This document shows positions 48,511 through 60,708 of a stretch of 64,000 nucleotides of DNA, in pieces. Positions within the stretch are counted from its first letter, which is position 1; every line of letters begins with the position of its first letter. The translations under genes were made by a program, and so were the position numbers. Under the pieces are notes generated by a model. The model saw only the letters and a list, made by a program, of their open reading frames with translations, ran no database searches and was not told where the DNA came from. Source of the stretch: Lingula anatina (taxonomy: Eukaryota > Animalia > Brachiopoda); assembly GCA_051362555.1 (NCBI GenBank), contig CM120643.1:14978644-15042643 (forward strand), read 5' to 3'.

Positions 48511-49612
48511 TGTTGATTGCGTCAGTTGAGCTGATAAAGTAGGTTGCGCCGCCACTGCACAATCACGCCCCGTCGTTGCACAAACTTTATAGTGTTTACT
48601 TTTATCTTTGTCAACAGTGCCAGCCCATTACAAGAGGTTAAAAGATAATAAGGAATAATTTTGAGTCACCACTGTTTTGTTCATTATTCTTACTTTTAGT
48701 TTATACAGCTTGCATATTTCCTTCTGTTCAAGATGATATTGATAATAACACTGAGAATAGTTACTTTTTCCGTTTATCCGAGGGATATACGGTGTAGCCT
48801 ATACTACACTGGTTTATCTTTGTACTGGTATATAAATTGTATTCTGAAAACTGTTTGTTGCGTATAGATATATATATATTTTTGTTCAGTCTATTGTTGC
48901 TTCATACTTTGTCAATTTCATTACAGCATCTAGACTTGCAATGGGAGCGCCATATCACACGCACCTGAATCGCTATATGAAGTACCAGTATATTGGTTTT
49001 GCCCGACGCGTGAACCATACACCTGTTCAGGTTATATTTATGCTTACGATATATACATGTAGGTATATAAATTGACACTGCGTCCTTTATATCAGTAGTT
49101 TGTTGAAGGGTGAGATCTATATGATTAACACATGTTCTTTGTGAGCTCCGGGCTGTGAAATTAATTTCTAGTAGCTGTGGTTAAATGTGCTAGATTGTAA
49201 AGTAAACACTTAGTTCTTTGAAAAGCAGATAGATAAAAAACAGCTAGCTTTAAGTTATAATGTGGTCATAACAGAGGCATCAACTTTACCCAAAACAGTG
49301 CTCCTTTTGATATTGAAAAGTCTCAGACCCAACAATATTGATAGATGAATGATTAAATACAAAATGATTTTATCAACGGTAAATGTTTGTGTCAATTAGT
49401 AACATCTGAAATTATCAACTTTGAATTATCCTAGGATCATTTCTTCCTGATGTATGTTCATCTTTCAGCAATCTTACAGATGAATTGAAAAAAAAGTGGC
49501 AGCACGATCGCTTTAATAAGCTCAGGTAACTTTGTTTGAAGATGCTGCAATCAGAATCCTCTTCTGGCAGGATTCCGCCCAACAGCGCCATCTGGATCGC
49601 TCATTCCACCAG

Positions 49613-49781
49613 TGACGTCAGCAAGGTGTACAGAAGATGAGCAAAACGGACAAGTACAGAAAATGCATTAGAAGGGCGAACTGGGGGCTCTATATAAAAA
49701 ATTAACCGTGAGGATTGGTCCGTATTGAAATTCCAGGAAACTTCAAGTTAACAAGCCATGTCATACGGACGAAGAAGTTTT
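49613..49781 (+). promoter_or_regulatory. CRE + TATA promoter and candidate first exon (MSYGRRSF|) of an unidentified plus-strand gene
   Basis: TGACGTCA at 49613-49620, TATATAAA at 49691-49698, GCCATG at 49755-49760, and a GTAAGT donor at 49782 (phase 0). Confidence 0.45.
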
Positions 49782-51184
49782 GTAAGTATAAAAAATGCCT
49801 CCAGCAGCTTTTGATTTTCTTGCATTAGCTTGGGGTCTTCAAGGGTTACCCAAATAGACAGCAGAGCACAGATGGTATATGCAGTATCTAAACACAGCCA
49901 GTCTCAGAACTTGTTACCGGTAGTATAGAATCTCTCCACTACAGCTGTTCTCGCAGAAGCCGCTGGCAGTTTCAGAGCCAGATGTGGCGACTAATACCTG
50001 TTTTTCTTTCTGGATTTTCCTTAATTTGATTCAGGTACTATTGAATGAACAAGGCGTTTTGTTATGAACAGGAGCCAGATTGAGAGTGTTTTGCTACCCT
50101 TACGCTTGCCCCTATATCTGTCTGTGTCTTTCCAGACCTTTGGGCTGATCGTGTTACTGAATTTCTGAACCTCTCTGACGCAATTATCAGAGAGCTGCCT
50201 GATTTTTTAGTTTCAAATTAAAGCAGTGACATTTAAAAAGTTTTTTTCAGTGAACCGCGTTCATTGCGCAATCGAATGCCTACTTTAGCACCGGTTCTTG
50301 TATTTTTTTTAAATCTTAAACAGATGCGATTTTCCCTCTTTCCCTTTCCATGGTGTTGTCTGATTCTTAAAAACATCCCCCAAAATGAAACTCTTCTCTA
50401 TTTTATGCGATTGATCAGCGATTAATACTGACATGGGAACCCACACTTCCAAGTCTTTTTTTCCTAAATCTAAAGATTAAGACATGCACGCTGTTGTTTT
50501 CTTCTTGACACAATACATATACCTGTACCCCCTCCCCTCCTCCCATTCATCAATACCTACTACAAGACAATATTTCAGGATTTCCCGTTCATAGGTAAGA
50601 TATCATGAAATAACTAGAAAAGTTGTTATCAAATTCGGGTTGTTATCAAGTTGACTCTCAAAGATCTGAACAAAAACAGCATCGTCACGAGATTCTTAAA
50701 TTGTGTACATGATAAACATTGACAAGCTTGAAAGAAATCATTTGCTCTATACATCTAATGGCGTTCACCAGATGGCGCTGAGGAATCTATTTTTTCACCT
50801 GTGTTGCAACGCAAGATGTAACTGTACCTAAGAGTATGTATATATATCCTTAGCAAGTGGATTCAATTATGGAACATCGACATTGAGACTTTCATATCCT
50901 CCCCAGGACGGGATATTTTCCCGGAAATCCTTCTCTCCCCAAAATAAACTAGGTTAATATCACAGGTAAAGTTAAGAGTACAGACACGAGTGATCTCCGT
51001 CTAACCTGTAATGGAGAATCGGTGGTATAAAATCGCCAAATTATTAACATTTTTCAGTAGAAAAATTCCACCAGTAGTTCAGATGAAGACTTAATCTAGG
51101 AAAATAATTTTCCAGCAGTTCAGATTATTCATTAAAGGATTGCTGCAAATACCTTACCTATACCTTCCTTCAAACGGCTTCCTG

Positions 51185-51185
<1 letters not shown>

Positions 51186-51231
<46 letters not shown>

Positions 51232-51232
51232 T
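51186..51232. repeat. (TTTA)n microsatellite, possibly a retroelement tail
   Basis: Direct observation. Confidence 0.85.
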
Positions 51233-52244
51233 TCCACATCAAATTAGGAGTAGAAAACACTTGGGGAAAACAAGGCGCGCAGAGAGCGCTCCAAGGAAAC
51301 TCCCCTGCCCTGGTTTTCTAGAGCAGGCTAGCCCCTATCCATCACTGTCACTGTCAGCTAGACACAGGTCATCTGCGAACTCGAACGAGTAACTACTGGT
51401 CAGTTTACTTCAGAGAGTGACAAATTTGATGGAAATTTACTCATGGGCCTTTGGCATTAAGGCGAAATAGGCGTTCACTTGAACATATGTATGTATACGC
51501 CCTTTATACAGTGCTGTTTAACAGGGGGGAGAGGGGGGGTCGCATCAATGCACCGCTATACGCGAGGGTCATGGTTTGAGACGTATCGGGAATACACTTA
51601 AAGATTTATAACTTACCTGAACTCGGTTTCCATGGCAATAATCATTAAAACACACCAAGTGAGGGGCAAAACAAGTGATTCCATCTTCCTTAATTTATGT
51701 GTGCTGTTTATACATGTATCTGCGTTTTAAACCGTTTGTCTTCTTGACGCGTTCGGCAGGTGTAAAACCGCTATGATCCAATATCTAAAGGCGTAAGTTG
51801 GGTTATCTGAGGCAAAATTTTAAAATTTATTATTGTACAGCGTCCACAAATTTCCTGCATATCTTACATCGGGTTTTATTCTTAAGTTCGATATAGCTTT
51901 AGCAATCAGCAATCACCCCAAGAACAACTCATCAAATATAATAATAATAATAGTGAGGGAACGACTGCATATGCGCGTGTGCGTGCTTGTTTATATGTGT
52001 CTACTTGCTTTCCCTCGTGCGCCTTTTCTGCGTTCAACGAATTTTCCACTCCTTTCGTCTTCACCTTAGTTTTCCGGGGAGTGGGACCGAAACAGCGCTA
52101 TTTTGGGTATTCTGAGTAATTTTGGTTGGTAATTGCCTATAAAGCGACTTTCAGCTGATGAATGTGCGCCTTACTAATCACCCGAAGTTGTTTTTCTTAT
52201 TCGTAAATAGCCCAAACAGAAACCAGTTATAACGCATTTCGGTA

Positions 52245-52246
<2 letters not shown>

Positions 52247-52326
<80 letters not shown>

Positions 52327-52345
52327 CGCGCGCGCGTGTGTGTGT
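52247..52345. repeat. compound microsatellite (CT)n-(GT)n-(GC)n-(GT)n
   Basis: Direct observation. Confidence 0.95.
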
Positions 52346-53795
52346 CAGAGCACTTATTCAATACCATCAGGGGAATCCCAAAAATCCCAAAAATAACACC
52401 GTATTATACATGTAATATCATTTTCCTCTTCACTTCAAAACTTTTTTACCAAAAATTTGGAACCAATCCTTTCGGTAATCCACCAGGTAATTCAACCCGT
52501 TGAAACAGCACGAGGTCACCACTTCTTTTCTGTTTATTCAAAACGGCCATCCCACCTGTCTGGAAATTTACTGGACTTTATGGCTGTGTTTACTGCTTAA
52601 TCGTCAGGTAGGTGCTTGAAGCGATGTGAATTTGAGAACCACCTGGTCTTTGGTTCCAGTGGGGAGGGGGGGATGGGGTGAAGGGCAAAACACCCATTAC
52701 TCTTGGGGTGATACTAAGAAGCAATTCCGGGTTGAAAAATATATTTTTATTACGCATCATGCCATGGGCAAACTGGTCATTATTGCAATGTAGTTTCATA
52801 ATTGTGGATGGAAATGAGAAAATACATATGCTATCATGGCAATGAAGGTTGGCCATTGAAGGGAACCCAAAGTTCAGAAGCTCAGGGTGAGGGAATCTGT
52901 AAGGTTGAATTTTTATTCACCGATCGAGAAGAAGTAAGCAAAAACAGTCGTGGATTTCCAAACAGCCTTATTTCCACTGCCTTAGTTCTACCTTTAATCT
53001 AACCACCACCATTTTTATTTATACCCATCTCCACGTTACATATCTTATTAAAATATTACCCTTTAATTATAAAACTTCAGATCTTATTTGGTCTCAGGAG
53101 ATATACATGTACCATACAGTCGGTATCAGCAATCGCCCTTAGTTACAAAGTTTACTTGGAAACGTACCTCGGTGATCAGCTCACATATCAGAGGCAAGTT
53201 ATCTCAGAAACTGAGGGTGTCAGTTTTTAAATTATTACTGGCAGACTAAGAAAAACGTTGACCAAGAAAGAAAGTTGACTATTTATGAATGATTACAACA
53301 GTGCAACGACTTGAAATGTTTCTTACGTTAAGATCTGGAGACGATGCAAGTCGCTTCCTTGACCCCCTTGCAGTTTGTTTTAGTACCCCATTTCTTCTTT
53401 CCACTTTATATCAAAATATATAAACAAAACTTGACAAATATTTTGTTGATTTAGGGACTAATGATGCTATACTAACCTTATTTATAGCGGAACATTTCAA
53501 TCTCCACTGTGTTATCTACAACACAAATAACTATCAAAATGTATTCCAAAACAGTTTAATTTGAAAATCCCGCATTCCGTTTCCCCCTTTGCCCTCCTCA
53601 CTCCAGGTAATCTGTTTTTTAACTTGCCTTCAGCGCTGCGTTTCCTCGGCAAAATGATATAATTAAATAAACGTTGATTCAAGAAACCGAACCTCCCTTC
53701 AAACCCATCTGCTGGCACAGGGAACTTCTTTTATCCTACACGCATAAGGAGCAGCAACAGACAGACGAGTCTGAAGAGAAAAATATTTTCACGAG

Positions 53796-54065
53796 TCAGT
53801 CTCGGTGAAATCAGTTGCAGGCATGTTGGCGAGGGAGGTCGCGCGCAGACGATGACTGAGAAGCTCACGCATATTACGTTCTGTTGCCTCGCATTCACTA
53901 AATCAAGGCGACTCCGTGGTACCCTTATTCTTCCTATATTAAATTAGTCATCGGAGCTGCTAACATTGGGATTTACCGAGATAAGTGTTTAGTTTTGACA
54001 AGCAGAGCGACGGGTTCTCTATAGGTGGTGCTCTCACCCTATTGACAATCGACTTCATAAAAATG
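53796..54065 (+). other. candidate alternative first exon ending in ATG
   Basis: TCAGT initiator-like motifs at 53796 and 53810, a relatively GC/CpG-rich leader, and AAAATG|GTAAGT (ATG 54063-54065, phase 0). Confidence 0.5.
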
Positions 54066-54573
54066 GTAAGTAGGGAAGAGTGGTGTCAAAAGACATCTTC
54101 TTAAAATGTTTGTTATTTGTTAAAAGTCTTAAGTTCACCGGGACGGATAAAATATTCTATAAATAATACGCGCCATGTTTTTTATAGAGCCTGTACTAAA
54201 TAAGTTGAAAGGTATTCGTTGGCTTTTCATCACCACGGGGTAGTTTTTTTAGATATCGGTTTTGGATAATTGTTGACGTTCCGTGCGTGTTAGTAAGGTG
54301 TTGGTGTTTGGATGCAATGTTGAAGAATTAGAACGAGAGGATTGCTTGATGGCTCTGGTGTTTGGTGGTTTACCTGTCAGGAACATATGGCTGCGATTTT
54401 GCCGGTAATATCGGAGCAGACGCATGATGGTTTAAACGGCCAGAACCAGGTAAGAAAAGGCCGGCTAGGATCTTGAGCGGTGTTCTGAAATGTTGTTGAA
54501 TACTTTGAAGTGTGCGGGTTACGGTTTTGTTCTTCTACATCTTGGCGAATATGTTTACTGTCTCGCACTCCTC

Positions 54574-54613
<40 letters not shown>

Positions 54614-56061
54614 TTTTTGCACAAATCTATTGCTTAGGTGTAATTCAGCAAACCAGAGTCCACTTTTATCTGTTTCTGCACGTTTCTTTCACTGTTCCAC
54701 TGTTAGCAGCACGTCTTTCATCAGCCGGCTATACAATTACCCGTCTTCACACACGTGAAGAGCTATTTCGGTTACAAACAGAAAATAATACCCTAGGGCA
54801 GTGCCCGAATTTTTGGAAGACTTTCCCAATCATATAAATAATAACAAATAGCACCATAATAGTGATTGATGTGCAGCCCATGCTGCTCTGTAATTGTACC
54901 TGTTTAGATTTAAATCGGATCTTAGTCAAGTTCATGTTCACGTATTAACACATTAAATACACAAAATGAGATGTTCGGAGAAACATGGACGTGTTTGTAC
55001 AGATGGTACGATGCTACGTCTTGGAGGCAGTAGTAAACATGAGGCCTCTTGAGTTGTCAGTATCATAGTCTTTATGAAGGATTGTGCGAAAAGAGAGTAT
55101 GTATTTTCTGATAGACAATTTAATGCCTTTTTATCGTGTCTCCCTCTTTACACACGCGCTCAGAGAGAGAGAGAGAGAGAGATAGACGTATTCCATGAGG
55201 AAAAACAAACAAACAAAAATATCTTGCAGACGACACGATTGAACTTTCACTGCCCCTTATCTAAAAGTACCACTACAAGACAGAAAGTAAAAAGATATGT
55301 CTTCTCCCCCTCTCAACTATGTATGCATTACTTGTATCGAAGAAATATTTTTAGAGATTCTTTGTTTTTTTTCTAAAATGTCTCTCTTATAGGTATATTA
55401 TAGCTACCGAAGGCTCAATTGAAACACCTGACTCACTATAGGAGAGCTTTAAGACAAACACTATATTGCTATTTAAAATACGGAGAATAAATATTTGTAA
55501 AGCGGCATCAGCGGTACTTGGAGTGCGATCCGAGCACTGTGCATTTTCACCACCTTTGAAATCACCTGTTTTCTATGAATATTAATTGAAACACGTAACT
55601 CCTAATTGACAGGCAAAGATTAAGAATAACGAAAGATAGTCTCAGGGATATATTTCATTGTGTCTTAGGGAGCAACTGTAACTTCTTTTGTACAGGTTTA
55701 ACCAAACTGTTACGAAATAATAGGTATTCACACCGTGACTTATATCACGTATAAAATACCCCTATTGTAACTTATGGAAAAGGGATTTAGGGATTTTAAG
55801 GTTAGGCCTAAATAAGAAGCAATGGTTGCAAATTTGCACTTTGCCCTTCAAGTTGCCTATATTTTTTTTTACAGTCCCTAGCAGTTGAGAATATTTAGTA
55901 AATACAGAAAATAGAGGGTGTTTCAAAGCAAAGGGATTTGGTTCAACGCAAATCGACCAATTTAGTTTCCTGGCAAACGTTTCTATTTACAAGGCAAATC
56001 TGTACTTCCGTAAATGTCAGATTATCGCTTGAATTAAGACTGATATCTTGTCTAGGTCATC

Positions 56062-57215
56062 TTGTCACGGGGTCCATGTAGTATCGTAATTATTTCATAA
56101 ACTGACCATGTAGTTTCCTAATCATTTCATAAACTGGCCAGTATCTTAGTCGAGCCCTAGGATTACATGCTGTCTGTTTCGCAGACAAGCCGCCAACGTT
56201 ATTTTCGATGTGTCGTGTTCCTGCTTATATAAAAACAATTAAATGTGTATTCAATCAAGATAAAACACAGCTTAAGTCACTTGCTTCGTTCAAGAGTTTT
56301 GTTTGAAGCAAACACGAATCGGCCCAAGTGTATATTCGGACGCATCTTCATGGAACCTATATATTGACCCAAGTTTATTCATCTGTAGGCCTATCGCCGT
56401 CTGTTTTTGTGTGTCAGTCTCGTAATAATTAGCGAAATATTTTAGCATCGAAATGTTTGTGTGAAATGTATGTCTTATTCATCAATAAGCATTTTAATCG
56501 AATTAGTGTTATTTGTATTCCGCCTACACATATTTGACATCCGTTGCTTCGTTTTTTTAAAGATTCTTTTGTTTATTCTTGGATATTTTTCCTTGTGATT
56601 ATTGCTATTCGTCATTCTTTATTCCGCATGTATGGTCGACTTTAAACTTGTGGCCCCTATTTCAAGTCTTTATACATTTTAATATCATCAAATCAGTAAT
56701 CAAATTTCTGGTGGAAATTCATCTGTGTAGTCTGTTTTGTCTGGTTTGTTAAGATAAATATATTTTCCTGTTTCTCATTAATTAAGTAGCTCTCCATATT
56801 TCGCTTGCTTTATAGGCATAGGGATTGACATTGACTAGACTTATAGTCCACTCTAGTAGGCCTACTGCTGTGTATTTCTAGTCTTGTATTCTAGTTCATT
56901 TCTATTATTATTTTATTATTATATTTCGTTTATTTCTGGTCTAGGAGTTATATTCTAGTCTAATCATAATATCTTATTGCTGTCAGTTGAGTAGCTTATT
57001 TCTTTTTATAGTCGCTTATTTCTTTTTAAAATTAAAGTAAAAAGAATGGTAGAATTAGTATTTTAGATATGATAGTATTCTTCTTTTTTCGTAGTGTAGC
57101 GTAGTTTGTAGTCGCTAGCGTTTCTTTTCCTCCCTGTTTTTCAGTATAGCGACCCCCTAAGCTACGGGGGTCGCACAACCAGTGGGTATGGCGGCCGAAC
57201 TGGAGCTGGGACCAG
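56062..57215 (+). mobile_element. possible LTR-retrotransposon LTR relic with PBS-like sequence
   Basis: Starts TGTCACGGGG (56062) and ends with hairpin GCGACCCCC-N8-GGGGGTCGC-ACA (57149-57177), followed by TGGCGGCCGAAC, which resembles a tRNA-Lys-type PBS. No gag/pol seen, and the left boundary is a guess. Confidence 0.3.
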
Positions 57216-60200
57216 AGGATATTCTTCAGTCAGTAGCGCTAGCTTGGATCACCCTTGCGAAGGAACAAAACTGCATTGAGATTATAACTGGTTTAAATTG
57301 AAATATTTCGTATTATTGGCCTCATATGGGACGATTTCGGTTCAAACGAAATCTCAGTGTTTAAAAAAATTATCTGAAAGATGACATTGTATGACTTTTG
57401 TAAAATTCAAAGGAGAAGGATACGACATAAGGTTTACAGTCGTAATCACCAATTATAAGTATTTGATCTGATTAAAATTACCTCTTATTCTTCTTTTAAT
57501 TCAAAAGTATGAAAAAAAGGGAAAATGCTAGACAGTTGGGAGACAACAGGAATCATTTTGCAAGATTGTCAGCAAGAATTCTAGATCTCATCTAAATATA
57601 ACCAAATAAATTCTACGATGTTTACAAAAACCAACAAAACCATCAGTGCAGTTTTGTCCTATTGTGTAGCTCCGTAGAAGTGACGTGTATGTACCCTCTC
57701 CTCCCTTTACCAGGCGATCTATCCTTAATGTATTATTTTGTGTGTGTTTGTGTGTGTGTTTTCAGTTATGTTATTCAACAACCTATTTTCCATCCTTTTG
57801 TTGGTGACCACATGCTGAAACATTATAATCTGTATTAATGCATTGCCCAGTTCTTGATTTCAAATTCATTTAGCATTATAACATTGTATATAAATTGTAT
57901 TAAGTATAACCCATGTCTAATATATTAATTAACGTTTCTATCATCCAGACGTTACAGTTTCGTCCTTCCTGCCTGTCTTCAAATTATGTTCAATAACACT
58001 GTAAGACGTAGAGTATCAGAGACAAATTTACCATTTCTATAATCATAAAATATAACATTGAATTATTCTTGGATGAACTTGATTTCATTACTCCGATTAG
58101 TATATATATTCTACATTTAAATTCTATTAGACCGATTCAATCTCATCTATCAAATATAAACAGCTAAATCGTGAAAAAAATTACAAAAAAGGCTTGAACT
58201 TGGGAGTTTTTAAAATCCAAAGAGGGTTGTTGTGACTTTATCGGAAGCTCGTTTAATGTTTTGTAATCATATCTAGGTCTGAGGAGTGAATTAGCTCAAA
58301 AGGAAAGGTTCGTAGTTTACCAAACCCAGCTCATCCTACTATACAGGTTATGTAAGTAGTTCTATTTTGATAGACAGTACTTGAACCCTCTAACCGTTAA
58401 AAGAGACGCTGCACTATTAGCTGAACTAAAATGATCCGGACTTTTTAATCCATCGTCTGCTGAACCCAATAAATGAGTGCTTTTAACATTTGACCAACAT
58501 TTCGTTTAAAAGGAACGCTAAATAACCACCGGAGCATAAATACCACGTCAGGTGTAATCAAACGCTGTCATATTGACCGGTGTTATGATTCCTTACACTC
58601 TGCCCCTTTCCTCCATTTTTTTCGCCCTCTGAAATCTTTTAAGTGTATAGTATATTAAATGTCAAAAGCATGTAGGCCCTTTTCAGCGGGCATGTCCATT
58701 GGATACCATGCCGGTTTGTGCAAAATTATCGTGTAACGACTTGAGCACGAGGCGCCGTTCGGTCTGCAGGCCATGGGCTAATGGAACTCATGTGAACGCG
58801 TGGCGGTTTATGGTCCGAGGTTTCCAACCCATGTTTATTCCATTCTACCGTCTAGTTTTTCGGAACGACTTGATAACCAGCTTATACTTTTCACAGTCGT
58901 TGTATATATGAATATGAATATAGATATAAAGACCATCGAGAGTCTATATCAGTTCCTCCATATGCATGACCTGAACGGCGTTATTCTTTTATAACTTTTA
59001 ATCTGTATTGGTTTTAACAAAAATTTGATGCTTCGCTTTGCTCTGTTCGTGTAAGTTAGACGCCACAAATTATGCCCAAGATACAATTGTAAAAGGTGTC
59101 TTTTTTGAAATTATCTGAAAGAAATAAGTGTACTGCTCGATCAATTATATTGAGCTTGTAATGGTAGCCTACGCAGATTAAGATGGCACAAAGAAATCTC
59201 AAGGTAAAAATATATAAAAAAAGAAAAAAACATTTCGATATTTTTGTTAGAAAGCAATGAGTGACTTGATTAAAATATATTCATTTTGCCAAAAATTGCA
59301 CCCTGCGCACAGATTGTTAATTTTTTAGAGGTCTCAACTAGCCAAACCTGATGACGTCCGAGTCAACTTTGCAAGTTGACTGACGACAGCAGGAAGTGGG
59401 ACGGGTGATCAAGAGTGGCACTTACTATAACTCACTGGTTTAGCCAATAAGATGTTTTATCTCGCTCATAGTTTAAACTTGTCATAGTCAAAAATTGCCA
59501 GCAGGCGATGGAACAGAACTTGCGGTAGTATGTGAAGAGCACCACCGCATATGACATTAACACTGGAACAGGCAGTTTTATAGTTACCATTTCTGAACCT
59601 GGCAGCATGACAAACGAAGCTATTTAAAGATATCCCGTCTTTCATTTTTCTAAGAATAGACACGATTTGAATGAAATGACGAGCAAGGAATGCGTGGAAT
59701 TCCGTCTTTTCAGAATTTAAAATAGATAGCATGTTTCCCTGTTGGAGATTTTCATGGAATGTTTCATTAAAAACTATTTCATCCTTTTGACTAACTGGCG
59801 TCTGTTTGGCTTTTCTCATGTACATAGTCAGTCTATTATTTCTGCTATTTGTCAAATTATGTGAAGCGACTCGGTAAAAACTTTGTGATCCAAACAATTC
59901 CAAATTTTACTAAAACTAAAAAACGAAGGTGACACGACTATCTTGCATGCTCTCGTATATAACAATGAATTTAAAACACGCCCTTTTTTATTTCTTTCAA
60001 CTGACTACAAGCGACAATGAATTACTAAACCCTTTATTATTCAACACACCTTTATGATGATTCTGCACGCTTGACTATAAGTCATATACTAGTCGGCTTC
60101 ACTTAGTCAAACCCCCGTTATTCAAATTCCCAAGGGCTACGTGTGTAAACGTGCCATATGTGCTCTATAGACAGCAGTCTCCAAACAAGAGCCTCATCTT

Positions 60201-60661
60201 CAAATCACGAAAACATTGTTTTCTGCACAACAGATTCGAAAATATGGCTTTAAAGTTCTCCCTAAACACACACTCGCACAGATTCCACACAGACCAGTCA
60301 AGAATTGTTATCACTTATTGAGTTTCCTGGCAAATGTAAAAACGATCATCTTCTTCTTGGACGCGTAAAGTGCTTTCTGATCGTAGGAGTTATGGAGGAA
60401 CGCCTCGACAAGATAGTTTGATTGATGTGGTTTCAGAGCTTTTTCCCCGTCTAGCAGGTTACCCTCGTTCCTGCCAAGAAACCCCTGGAAAACGTTCGTG
60501 GCGTAGGCTTATTTGTTGGACGCTAATAAACAGTTCTGTTAACTTGCATGTTCACGTAAACATTTTCATCAGCGATGAAAAAGTCTTGAAGTTGTCTTAT
60601 CTGGGTTTAGTGGGTTTGGATTGTATAAACAAGGTAACCTGGTATTAACCAGGGGCTGGTG

Positions 60662-60664
<3 letters not shown>

Positions 60665-60707
<43 letters not shown>
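60665..60707. repeat. (TAA)n microsatellite; similar tracts at 13921-13953 and 26251-26290
   Basis: Direct observation. Confidence 0.9.

Positions 60708-60708
<1 letters not shown>

Noticed and set aside
59466-59903. 145-aa minus-strand ORF
   Set aside because: Non-ATG start, no splice context or recognisable motif; probably chance within repeat-derived DNA.
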